Positions 25,501-37,186 of a stretch of 64,000 nucleotides of DNA are shown piece by piece. The notes under the pieces are model-generated. The model ran no database searches, was not told where the DNA came from, and saw only the letters and a program-made list of their open reading frames with translations. Numbering within the stretch: position 1 is the first letter of the stretch; each line of letters begins with the position of its first letter. This stretch comes from Marsupella aquatica (Eukaryota; Plantae; Marchantiophyta), in NCBI GenBank assembly GCA_973895155.1, contig OZ316893.1:17428770-17492769 (forward strand), written 5' to 3'. Both the position numbers and the translations under genes were made by a program.

Positions 25501-26900
25501 AGATGGATGACGTAAAGTAATCAAGTAACATAGTCATATACGGCGTTGTTTGAAAGAACGCAATGTTAAAAGTCATACTTTCTTGTTTTCACATTGCGTT
25601 GAGGAGAACATTACCTTTTCTGCAATCTTGTCTCCAATGGTGTCTGGTCAATATCGTGGAAGCCTACAATGTTCCTTTGGGCAGTGAGTGTGATCCTTGT
25701 ACACCCCTCTATACAAGATGCACCCACCTGGGCACATGTGGATAGTCTCTAAAGCCAATCCAATTGATGCTAACAACTTCTTAGCCTCCCTCACACATCC
25801 AGGGAGAGTATTTGGTTGGGGCAAGAGTTTGGTGTGGAATAATTGGAAGAGTGCATGTGTATGGACATCCGAACCATTGAAAACTCCTTGCACATTCAAC
25901 ATCAACAAAGTTGTACCCAACCTGTATTTGCAAAAACCACAAAAACCAGACTTTTTGCAATTAGTCCAGGTAGCTAGATGGCATGCCTGGCACTACAACT
26001 TAGACTACCCAATATTCAATGGATGAAATTCCAGAGTTGTGATAATTTAAGGACAACCTTACCGTGAGGATGGAGATCCCTCAAATAGTGGTGTTCTGGC
26101 TTCAGTTTCCAAGTGATCCCAATCTTCTTGATCCACTTCCATGATAGGGTGCTCGGCGTCAGGTGCATGAGGTCCAAAGTGAAGAGTAAAGTTACATCAT
26201 CAGTTATCAGTCGTTTCCATCAGTTGACCTGATATCAGTCGCCACATCATCTCAGAGAGGCCGCCAAGATGCGGCGCCAAAAAAATGCGAAAAAAAAGTT
26301 TTCATTTTTTTTTTCAAAATTTGATGAAGAAAAAAAAATTGAAATTTTTTCACTATGGGGTCCGTACCGTACGGACATCGCTTCTCGGCGGGGTCAGCCA
26401 AGATGGCCAGATGTCCGTACTGTACAAACACCAAATTTTGGCAAATTTTTTTTTCAATTTGTTTTTGTTTTGAAATTTTCAAAAAAATAATTTTTAATTT
26501 TTTTTTTCCATTTTTTTTTGTCCGCACGCTGATCTCGGCGAGGTCAGCTGAGATTGAGTCAATCTCAGCCGCCTAGCTGAGATGCGTGGAAGTGCAAAGT
26601 TGTCATCTTAGTTGCTCAGCTGAGATTCAAAAAAAAATCAGCGGAAAAACTGATAACTGATGATCCTCGTTACCCAAAGTGAACGTCAACAAGGTGGGCA
26701 AAGGCATCTTCTTCAAGGATAGGGTCATCTCCCTCATCTCCCTCATCGTCATCATCATTCAACTCTCCATCATATGCATCATGGTACTCCTCATCCTGAT
26801 CGTCCATCTCATCTGGTCAAGGGGATGACTCTTAGCATCCTCCTCATCTGAGAAATTTAAGGTGGCACGTACATGAAAGGCACGGGCTGATGTAGTCATC
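22524..26900 (-). pseudogene. CACTA TnpD/Tnp2 transposase, multi-exon, degenerate; 5' limit approximate
   Basis: IHMCPGGCILYRG; PRNVRLGLEIDGVNPY...SIWPV; ACPSC; LLDPMHIEVNVAKN; FPPCIFDMQLHLLCHL...RWMYWVERFM; FPSQVDQC. Confidence 0.9.
26184..26675. mobile_element. Mutator-like MITE (~490 bp) inside a transposase exon
   Basis: TIR atcatcagttatcagt..tttcc / ggaaaaactgataactgatgat; flanking direct repeat (cc)aaagtgaa of 8-10 bp; poly-A/T interior. Confidence 0.82.
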
Positions 26901-27071
26901 ATTGATGGGTGAGGTGGGGGAGTAATATGTACACCATCCTAGAGTTCTCAATATGCAATGACAGATCACAATTAGAGAAAGGGTTTCCGTGATAAAACTT
27001 ACAATGAAACATCAATAATGAAAAATGGAAGGGTCACCCCATAAGGAATATGTCATGTACACATGTAAACA

Positions 27072-28212
27072 TCAATGCCAATCATAATCTATGAGAATCT
27101 CTTCCCCTGCTCTAATGGAGGTATTTACAAACGACAGCAAACAGCAAACGGTATAGCAAACAGAAACTGGTAACAGGAAAATGAGTGGTAATTTTTTTTG
27201 AATTTTTTTGAATTTTTTTTTTGAATGTTTTTTTTTGCCAACGCCCAAATCTAGCCAAAAAATGTTTTTATTTAATTTTTTTGGGAAAATGTGACTTTTT
27301 TGAAAATATTTTTTGATTGTCATTTTTCCTAGTAACAGTAACTTTTTGCTGGTAACATGAAAATTTTTGCTGGTACCAGGAAACCTGTTTCCTGTTTTCT
27401 GTTTTCTGTCACGGGTGCCATACCCCTCTAATGGTGCGGGTAGCATGTGTCAACGTGTAATGCGTGCATGCTACAGGCAAACGAGGGTGACTCTGGTCAT
27501 GGTACTCATGCCACTCAGCGTTTGGCCTAAACCCTAAATGCCGAGAACCAATAGTGTTGTTGATGTAACCCGCCAAGTTCCCCGTGCGAGGCGGGTAACC
27601 ATCAATCTGAGCATACCTAGGGTCCAACTTTAGTGACATGCCATATCGACTAAAGGTTGGACACTTTCGGGACAAGATGTGCCATCTCGCCAACGAATAC
27701 TTTGGCCCATAGAATGGAAACAACTGAGGCAAATCATTGGGTGCACAACCAATAGGGACCACGATATCCACAAGAGCAAATACTCCAAGTCCTACATGAG
27801 TCCTCAATGTGGAGGGAAGGATGACCCATGGGCGGTCCCAAACTATAATAGGCTCCCAAAGCGGGAGGTCCATAGGGAGTCCAAACTGGGCTGGGAAGGA
27901 GTCCTTTAAGATATCCAAGGCTCTCCCTCGCAACTCTCTTGGTGCCCGGGACACCGATGCATCAAGAAACGGGCATTGGGGCAAAACAATCCTAGGTGGA
28001 CGGGAGTCAATCGATCGGGGTCTCGTGGTCACCACTACTCCCCTCTCAATAGGGTGCATCCTAAACACTCTCCTCCTCCTACAAAATACACGGTCTATTG
28101 CCCTCAATGTGGCTGGCAATGTGGATGGATGGATGAGTGGTGCGAGCGCACGACATGCAATGTCTCTCAAGTGGTCCACAGGCAAAGATCGCACTACAGG
28201 AATCTGTTCCAC
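27072..28212 (-). pseudogene. SET-domain (lysine methyltransferase-like) gene inside the CACTA element, interrupted by a MITE
   Basis: VGLGVFAL (~27772-27795), IDG..GNLAGYINNT (~27556-27579), PNA; after MITE removal ATRTIRAGEEILIDYDWH*, giving 274 codons in frame. Confidence 0.82.
27119..27425. mobile_element. Mutator-like MITE (307 bp) in the SET gene
   Basis: 9-bp TSD ctctaatgg (27110-27118, 27426-27434); imperfect TIRs aggtat..gacagcaaacagcaaac / gttttctgttttctgtc..ataccc. Confidence 0.88.
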
Positions 28213-28963
28213 ATGTTCACCAAAACAAGTTCAGAAGATGACAATCAAAAAATAATTCAAGGAAGGAGATGTTATCATAATTGCAATACCCAAGAAAATT
28301 GTACTACCTCTTGGTTCGGGGGAATGTAACGACCATGGATCCCTAAATGGCTAAGGACAGTGGTCCTCTCGTGTAAGACAACACCCTTGCATCGTCTGCG
28401 AGGGCAAGGCATCTTGCAAACTGGCCCAATCCCCTAAAGAGCAGCCATGGACTCTCCAAATCCATCTGCACGATGGGGGCTCTGGCCGTTCCTGCCCTCA
28501 GAACGATGTCTGCGTCGATGACACCTGGATCGGTGACGCCTAGATCGATCATATATGTCTGGTGAGTAATCTCTCTCCCGGTCCGACAGGTCGTCCCTCC
28601 CCCTATGATGATGGTCATCTCTACGTCGGGTGTAAGTACCCCCACCATGGTCCTCATAGGATGAGTCATCCCTCCTCCTCCCTCCCTTGTCATCCCTCCT
28701 CCTCCGCCGCTCGTCATCGCTCCTACAGCCCGATGAAGCTGAACTCCCCCTATGCCGATGATGGTGTCTGTCTCGGTGAGAACTACCGCCATGCTCTTCA
28801 TCATTGTCAAATGTGACGTCGCCAGCACGACGGTTAATGAGTGATCCGGTCTAATCTGTGCTTAGCACGCGCACTAAGGACATAGTAGTCCATAATAATT
28901 AGCATAACAACACTAAAATAGGTAGTAACCACGACTAGGACATCATTAGTCAATAAGGAGCAT

Positions 28964-31900
28964 TGTCACACCATCGGCCTAGTCCTTAGGCCTATCTATA
29001 TCTAAGATGGACATTTACCTTGTTAGTATTCGGGTTTCGGCAGGGAGGGACGTGCGGAGTGCGTATAATTCTCCCAAACTAGCGCTAAGTGCGCATCCAT
29101 TTACTTACGAGCACGCTTAGGTATGCTTTGTGTTCCGCCGCCGGAATGTACCTTAGTCAACACGGGGTCAACCCTGGCTTACGGACTTCTAAGCCTTCGT
29201 GTTACTGCCTTTGATCCGGATCCATTAGTACAAGTGCTCAACCCGGGCTCACAACCCCGTACCCTTAACCTGCACCCCGTGCATGCTTGGCGTAACGTGT
29301 TCGGCCCGGCATTGATACTTGCACACAAGACTCATACATGCATTCATACATAACAGAAATCTTGATTTACACAAAGGAATTGAGGGGAAAGGATTTCATT
29401 CATATATGATCCTACACTTACAATTGGGTGACCCAACACCTTGTGAATGAACGGGCCCAAGGCCGAGGAGTATACACTACAACGGAGCCCAGCTCCGCAC
29501 TCACCCAACGAGCTTAGTCGTATACCCTCCCCTTGGCACTCTGACACTTCACCAAGTTTGGGACTCCCTGCGCGTACCGCGAATGGCCAACTTCTGAGTC
29601 TAAAATTCCCCCCCCCCATGCCTCTACCGGGGGGCTACTAAATACTAAGGGCCGAGGACCAGCCTGGCCTCATGCCCAAATCTACGCTAACTTATATCCT
29701 TGCTAAGCTGGTTACGGCTTGTCCTATTAGTCTAACCTATTCTGCATAGGCTGGCTCATGTATCAGCGCCGCTATCTTCTGGCCGGCACTTGTCCTAACA
29801 ACCTATTTTAGCTACTCCTAGTTCTATTCTAAGTCTAACCCTCCGCTAATGCCTGGTGCGCTTGCCAGAGCCGTCCAAGTGGGAGCGGCCATCCCGCTGC
29901 CTATGGAGTCTGTTGTTGTCCATCTTGAGGAGTTGGACTTGGTCTAGCAGAGATTCATTCTCTCGCTTTGCCACGTCCGTCTCCTTAGCTGCCTCCTGGC
30001 ATGCCTCTTCCAGTTGGTGGGCATTGCTCGTCAGCTTGTGCACCATCTGGTTTTGCTTCTCGGCTTCGGTTTGAAGCCACGCTACTTTGGCCTGTAGGAC
30101 GGCAATCTCCGTAGTGTCACGTTGGGCCCACTCTTTGGCCTCCTCCAGGTCTTTCTGCCAGATGACAGTTTGATTCTTCAAACCATCGATCTGGGTTTGG
30201 AACCGTGCAATTAATCTCGGCCTCCTTCCCAGCTTTGGCCTGTTCGGCTAAGGCTGTAAGGGCCATTTGCTAACAACTCATCGGCGGCTGCAACCTTGGG
30301 TCGTAGTTGCAAAAGCTCAGCCTCTCGAGTCTTGATTTTGCCCTTTAGGTACACGAACTCAACCCGGTACCGCTCTATCCTCTCAAAGGACTCCGACTGG
30401 GCCCGACTTGCCTTTACTGCGGTAACCAACTCCTGATTGAAGAAGTAGGCTACCTTCTGGGCCATGAACTCCCTAATATCCCGGGCAATCTGTTGGGAGA
30501 AATCTCCCAAAAGCCCATTCAGAAATGTACCCGGTACGAAGAGTTCCGGGTGGTCCAGGTTGTGCCCTCCGGATTTGGGCACGGGCAGATGTCAACTCGC
30601 GCGGGAGCCGGGGTAGTGACATCCAGCCCTGGGGATGTAGTGTTGGAAGGGGCTGGAGTGTCCTCCTCCATCATCGTGTTGTCCTCTGGAATAGCCACCG
30701 GTGCATCTTCTGGATCCTCGGGCTCAGTCAAGGCCTCCACCGCCCTGACTTATGTACTCGGCCCGGCCTGGTTGATCGCGTCTAAGGTTGCAATCACTGC
30801 CTCGTCCGGTACCTCTTCGGCCACGGCTATGGCTACTTGTGGAGGTGGGGTGGGTGAGGCCTGCGTGGCCGCCAGACTTTGGGCCTCAGGTTGAGGCCGT
30901 CTCTCCAAGGCCGGGAAGATCCACTTAGTCGGAACCAGCTTAGTTACGTTGGCCCGGGGAAGGGTTTGTCAATTGAATCGGGCGTACCACTTGAGAATGA
31001 TCTCAATGTGGCTCAAAAAATACGCCTTCCCGCCGATGTACAGTGCCTTCCTTCGCCGTTCCATCTCTTCATGGAACTTCTTAGCAAAGTACGACGCCCA
31101 CTTCCTAGGTCGATAGTTCTCAACCTGAATAACCTGGGCAGCGGAGATCTCGCCCCAAGGTTCCATCATGTGGAGGGCGTACCTCTGGAACTCCAGCCGC
31201 TCGGCTATCTCATGGATGAGGCAAGTCTTCATCACAAACCCCTTGTCCACTGACCCCTCGAAGGGAAAACTCGAGGATTGGTACTTGGCTCCTTTGCCCC
31301 CGGGAGCCCGTGATTTGACTTGTTGATCTCCCTCGGGTAGCCCGAAGATCATCTTGAGCCGCTCCTCTGTGAGGGACATATTCCTCCCTTGTAGCCGAGT
31401 CTGCTGACGGACGTCATCATAATTCTTGACAAACTCCGTCATGTCCTCCCCGTAGTACCTGTAGGTGTTCAAGGGGAGAGAGGCGAGGTGCTCAAACCCC
31501 TGAGTCTTCAAGTACACCGCATGTTTGGGGTGGAGGATGTTCTTATGCACGTTCTTCCCCATGCGGTGCATTATCACCTTGGCCGTGGCTACCGTCGCCA
31601 TGGTTAACCCGGATACAGCTGCGGGTTCCTTCCTCTTCTTTCCCTGAGACTGGCTCCCGTGATGGCTCGGAGAGGGTGACATCTCCCCATCCTCCCGATC
31701 AGGTATGGGTAGAGCCACCGCCATTAGTATTGGGGCTGGGGCGGCTACGATCACCGTGTTGTCCACCGGAGCTGCTACTCGGGTTTGGGCTTGGGGAGGG
31801 GGCAATGTAGTGCCAGCTCCCTGGGTGCTCGCTCCTCTGGGCCGCCTAAGAAGGGGTGGGGTATCCTCGTCATCGTTGTTGAGGTCCACAACGTTGAGGA

Positions 31901-32951
31901 CGGAGCGTACTTGTACTGGCGGGGCGACCGGCGGTGGGGATAGGCTAGGCTGAGGCTGATCCCGAGCCTGAGCCTGAGCCGGTGTTGGTGCGGGCATGGG
32001 CTTGTCTGGGCTGGCACCGGTGGTTGATGGTCTGGTTCCCATGAAGTTCTACAGGTGCCAATAGAGGTTTTCCAAAGCAAGTGTAGACGGCCTTGTCAAC
32101 CGGGTAGTGCTGAACTCGCTATTGATGATGGCCTAGACCCAAGCGGGGATGTGATCAAAGTGGTGCCGTTGTAAGTCAATCGTGCTCGGGATAGTGAAGA
32201 CCGCGTCCGGAAGCCAAAGCAATGCTTCCCAAAAGCCAATGTATTTGCCCCCGTCGACGAAGTATCCTGATATTTCTTTGGGTCGGTAAAGCTCGCTCTG
32301 GGATGGGTAATCAAAGTTAAGGAGATAGTGGTGGCGGCCTGCTAGGTGGATGGCTCTCTCGTACTCGCGTTTGATTTTGTATTGGCACGGGTTGGCGTGT
32401 TTTAATGAGTCAGCCAAGTGCCCCCCAATAGATAGGAACTGTGTCCAGAATTGTATGGCCGAACTGGAAAGGATTGTGTGCGACATTCAGAGGAGATAGA
32501 AGGCGACTAAGGATGGGTGAGAGAATTGGGGTCTAAGCTGGCGCGTGGACTGAAGAACTGGTGCACTGCAAAGGATCGGCCCCCTTTTTATACCCTAAGA
32601 GCTTGTCGGTCGCTTGACGCCTTCTCGTTGCTTATAGGCCAAGCCTTTCATGCTTGCAGTGTACCGGCCACTCCGCCAGTCCGGGTCAGCGCGTGTCAGT
32701 GGCCGTCTCCCGGAGTTTGTTATACGGACCCAAGGGAGGGGGGCCATTACACGCTTGCAACCGGGCGTGCAAATGGCGACCCGCCGCCAGCCCAAACACA
32801 AATGCTCCTTATTGACTAATGATGTCCTACTCACAATGGCTACCTAAATACTGTTGTTACGCTAATAATTATGGCCTAAGGTACCCCTAACGTGCGTGCT
32901 AAGCGTGGTTAGGCCAAATCACTCATTACCCACCGTACCGGTGGCGTCACA
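28964..32951 (-). mobile_element. Giant solo LTR, family 1 (3988 bp), inserted antisense into a family-1 LTR; carries a degenerate ORF at 32486-29846
   Basis: TG...CA termini; 5-bp TSD AGCAT (28959-63, 32952-56); colinear with 48480-52484. Confidence 0.9.
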
Positions 32952-33534
32952 AGCATTTACGCTCGGGCTGGTGGTGGAGCACCATTTGTACCCCAGGTCA
33001 CAAGCATGTAGGAATGCACCCTTGGGTCCGTATAACAAATCAAGGGGGAGGCTCGCTGACACGCTCTGACCCGGACCTGCAGAGTGGCCGGTACACTACA
33101 AGTGTGAAAGGATCGGCCTATCAAAAGGAGGAAGGGACCGTTCGGCCGACGAGCCCTCATGGTATAAAAAGTGGGCCATCCTCTCCTGAAGCACCACCAC
33201 TTCACCCTTTGCGCCAGCTTTGATCCCAGCTTACTTGTTTGCTCCTCAGTCATCCACCGCCATTCCCTGTATGTCTGTCACGATTATGTCCAGTTCTGCC
33301 CTTTGGTTTTGGCTTCAATTTCTATCCATTGGAAATCATTTAGCGAAGTTCCTGGCTGAGGTCAACCCGCGCCGGTACAAAACCGAAAGGTAGTACAAAC
33401 AACTCATCCGCCTAGCCAGGCGCTCTCACTATAATGGAGATTTCAGCCTCCCGTTCCAAAGCGAGCTCTGTCATGCCGACAAGATCTTTGAATACTTCTT
33501 TGACGGCCCAAAGTACGTTGGTACATCCTACTAG

Positions 33535-34290
33535 CCATAGACTACTCCACCAAATGGGTGGAAGCGCGGGCAACGGCGAAGGATGATGCCGCTACCAGCG
33601 CCAAGTTCTTGTATGAGCAGATCTTCACTTGCTTCGGACCTCCCTTGGAGTTAGTGAGCGATCGGGGAACGCATTTCATCAATGAAATAGTAGAACGCCT
33701 TACGGAACAATACCTGGTCAAGCACCGCAAGACCACCCCGTACCATCCAAAGGCCAACGGGCTGACGGAGAGGGCAAATGGCATCATTGGGAAGATCCTC
33801 AACAAAACAATAGCCGCGCACAAAACATATTGGGATGACAAATTATATGCTGCTGTGTACTCCTACAACTTGGCCTACAAGACTACTACCAGTCACAGTC
33901 CGTACTTTCTTGTGTTTGGACAACACTCATTGGTGGCGGTCAAGTTTGAAATTCACACACCACGAGTAAGTATTTGGGACCGCTTACCCGAGCCCAAAAG
34001 TTCTTTGGACAGAACTTACCAAATCAAAGCATTAGAGGAAACCCAGGTACTAGCTGCCCGACATGGATGAAGCAACAGGTAGTTTCCAAGAAGCAACACA
34101 ACAAAGGACTATGGAAGATCGACATCGTAATAGGAGACCTTGTCCTTCTGTACAATAGAAGGTACATGCAATTTCCCAGGAAGTTGCATACTCGCTCGTT
34201 GGGACCTTTCCTTGTCAGTCAAATTTACCCGAACAGCTCCATTGAGCTCGCAATGTACGCCAGCGATTTACTTCCCACGTGAGTTAGTTA
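33535..34290 (+). pseudogene. Gypsy integrase core and C-terminus
   Basis: AIDYSTKWVEARA; LVSDRGTHF; TTPYHPKANGLTERAN; SPYFLVFG; GDLVLLY..KLHTRSLGPF. Confidence 0.92.
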
Positions 34291-34728
34291 CGATCGTGTG
34301 AAGAAGTACCATCATCAAGATGATACCACCGATAGCGATGTTTGCGAGGACGCTTCACAGTTAAGTAGGGAGCTATGTGACGCCGCTAGCACAACGGTTA
34401 ATGAGTGATCCGGTCTAATCTATGCTTAGCATGCGCGCTAAGGACATAGTAGTCCGTAATAATTAGCATAACAACACTAAAATAGGTAGTAACCACGACT
34501 AGGACATCATTAGTCAATAAGGAGCATTTACGCTTGGGCTAGTGGCCGAGCACCATTCGTACCCCGGTTCACAAGCGTGTAGGGATGCACCCTTGGGTCC
34601 ATATAACAAATCAAGGAGGCGGCTTGCTAACACGCTCTGACCCGGATCTGTGGCCGGTACACTGCAAGCGTGAAAGGATCGGCCTATCAAACGGAGGAAG
34701 GGACCGTTTGGCCGACGAGCCCTCAGGG

Positions 34729-34735
34729 TATAAAA
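34729..34735 (+). promoter_or_regulatory. TATA box upstream of the LTR-internal ORF
   Basis: TATAAAA ~108 bp before ATG 34837; equivalent box in the other three family-1 LTRs (33163 plus; ~32590 and ~52122 minus). Confidence 0.55.
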
Positions 34736-34836
34736 GGCGGGCCATTCTCTCTTGAAGCACCACCACTTCACCCTTTGTGCCAGCTTTGATCCCAGCTTAC
34801 TCATTTGCTCCTCAGTCATCCACCGTCGTTCCCTGT

Positions 34837-37186
34837 ATGTCTATCACGATTATGTCTAGTTCTGCCCTTCGGTTTTGGCTTCAATTTCTATCCATCGGAA
34901 ATCATTTAGCAAAGTCATTGGCCGAGGTCAACCCGCAGCAGTACAAAACCAAAAGGCAGTAAAAATGACTCATCTGCCTAGCCGGGCGCTCTCACTATAA
35001 TGGAGATTTCAGCCTCCCATTCCAGAGCAAGCTCTGTCATGCCAATGAGATCTCCAAATACTTCTTCAACGGCCCAAAGTATGTCGGTTTCCAGGAAGCA
35101 CTCCTTTGGCTTTTGGATAAGGTCTTCACACTCCCGGGCACGATCAACTTACAACGACACCACTTCAATCATATCCCCGCCAAAGTCGAGGCTTCCGTAG
35201 ACTACCAGTTTGGTACCGCAGCTACGGGCGAGACATCTATCCTAACCTCACTCGGCTTCCCCTCAGACTTGTTGAATCATATGGTGCCTCTTCTAGCTAC
35301 AATCGTTGCCGACTCATCGGTGCCCGCGCCAACACCACCTAGGCCTCAACCAAGCCAATCTCCACCACCGGTTGCACCACCCCTCTAGATGCAATCCATG
35401 GTAAACACGGTGAACATCAGTTCCAAAGACAAGGAAGCTCACCCTCCCCTGAACCGGCGACCTCAAGGTGCAAATCAGCATGCGCCGGGCAACCCAACAC
35501 CACTCACACAAGCCCAAGTGGATAACACAGTGACAGTAGCAACCCCAGCACCAGTGCTTACGGCGGTAGCACTGCCGTCGCCCGATAGAGAGGATGGGGA
35601 GATGTCCCCCTCTTCAAGTCACCCCGAGAACCAGTCTTAGGGTAGGAAGAGAAAGGAACCCATAGCCGTATCCGGGCTGCCTTTGGCCATGGTTGCGGTG
35701 GCCAAGCTGACCATGCATTGCATGGGGGAGAATGTCCACAAGAGCATCCTCCACCCCAAGCATGCATGCTACCTAAAGACCCAAGGGTTTGAGCACCTTG
35801 CCTCTCTCCCTTGGAATGGAAGCAGGTACTATGGGCAGGACATGACGGAGTTCATCCAGAACTTTGACGAAGCCCGCCAACAAACCCGAGCGCACGAGAG
35901 AGTGATGTCCCTCAATGAGGCACGTCTTAAGATGATCTTCGGCCTACTCGAAGGAATAAATTGGGTGGAATCACGGGCTCCTGGGGGCAAAGGAGCCAAG
36001 TATCAGTCCTCTAGCTTCCCGACCAAGGGAGTAGTGGACAACGGATTCTTGAAGAGGACACGCCTCATCCTGGAGGTAGCAGAACGGCGGGAGTTCCAGC
36101 GGTACGCCCTCCACATGATGGAACCAAGGGGCAAAATATCCGCCACCCAGGTCATCCAGGTTGAGAACTACCGGCCTAGGAAGTGGGCGTCCTTCTTCGC
36201 CAAGAAGTTCCACAAGGAGATGGAGCGGAGAAGGAAGACTTTGTACCTTGGTGGGAAGGCATACTTTGCAAGCCACATCAAAATCATCATCAAGTGGTAC
36301 GCCCGTTTTGATCGCCAAAGCCTCCCTTGTATCAACCAGCCCGAGCTAACCCCATCGCAATGGGTATTCCCGGCCCAAGAGAGGCAACCTCAGCCTGAGG
36401 CCCAAAGTCTGGCGGCCGTGAGACCTACTACCTCGGCCCCACAACCAGCCAATGCCGCCCCTCCAAATGTACTGGACGATGCAATTACTGCAACCCTGGA
36501 CGCAATCAACCAGGTCAGCGCGATTGAAGCCGGGCTGGCAGAGGCCGGACCCGAGCCCAAGACTATAGTTGCAGAGGACGTCCCGCCACCCTCTACGGCT
36601 GTTCAGGAGAACCGCCCAGCCCAAGCTAACCCAGCCCCCTCTACCGTCATACTTCAAGGGCTGGATGTCACCACTCCAACTCCCGCGTGAGCTGAGGTCT
36701 GTCCTTGCCCAAACCGGGAGGGGCATAGTCTGGAATACCCGGAACTCTTTGCACCGGGCACATTTTGGAATGGGTTGCTGGGAGACTTCTCTCAAAAAAT
36801 TGCACGGGATACCGGGGAGTACATGGCACGGAAGGTGGCCTACTTCTTCAACCAGGAATTGGTTGGAGCCGTGCAAGCAGGACATGCGCAAGCTGAGGCT
36901 ACGCGGAGAATAGAGCGGTATTGGGTTGAGTCTGCCCACCTGAAAGACAAAGTTGCAGCCCAGGAGACCACACTCCAACTCCTACGACCTCAGGTAGCGG
37001 CCACTAAAGATCAGGTGGCCGAAGCTAGGGCCCAAGCAGCCTTGGCAGAGCAAGCCGGAGTCGGGAAGGATGCCGAGATCGCACGGCTCCGAACCCAGAT
37101 TGATGGTTTGAAGGGACAAGCCATCATCTGGCAAAAGGATGTGGAGGAGGCCGACGCTTGGGCCCAGCGGGACACAGCCAAGATAG
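34837..37186 (+). pseudogene. LTR-internal ORF of family 1 in the 3' LTR (PMD/Transposase_32-like region plus coiled coil)
   Basis: MSITIMSSSALRFW...YLKTQGFEHLASLPW..MTEFIQNFD..MSLNEARLKMIFGL; homologous to 52017-49375. Confidence 0.75.

Larger units (their letters stand above)
28812..37186 (+). mobile_element. Internally deleted Gypsy element of giant-LTR family 1: partial 5' LTR, integrase, PPT, truncated 3' LTR
   Basis: TGTGACG..GGTTAATGAGTGATCCGG starts at both 28812 and 34376; integrase at 33535-34290; purine-rich aagtagggag just before 34376. Confidence 0.82.
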
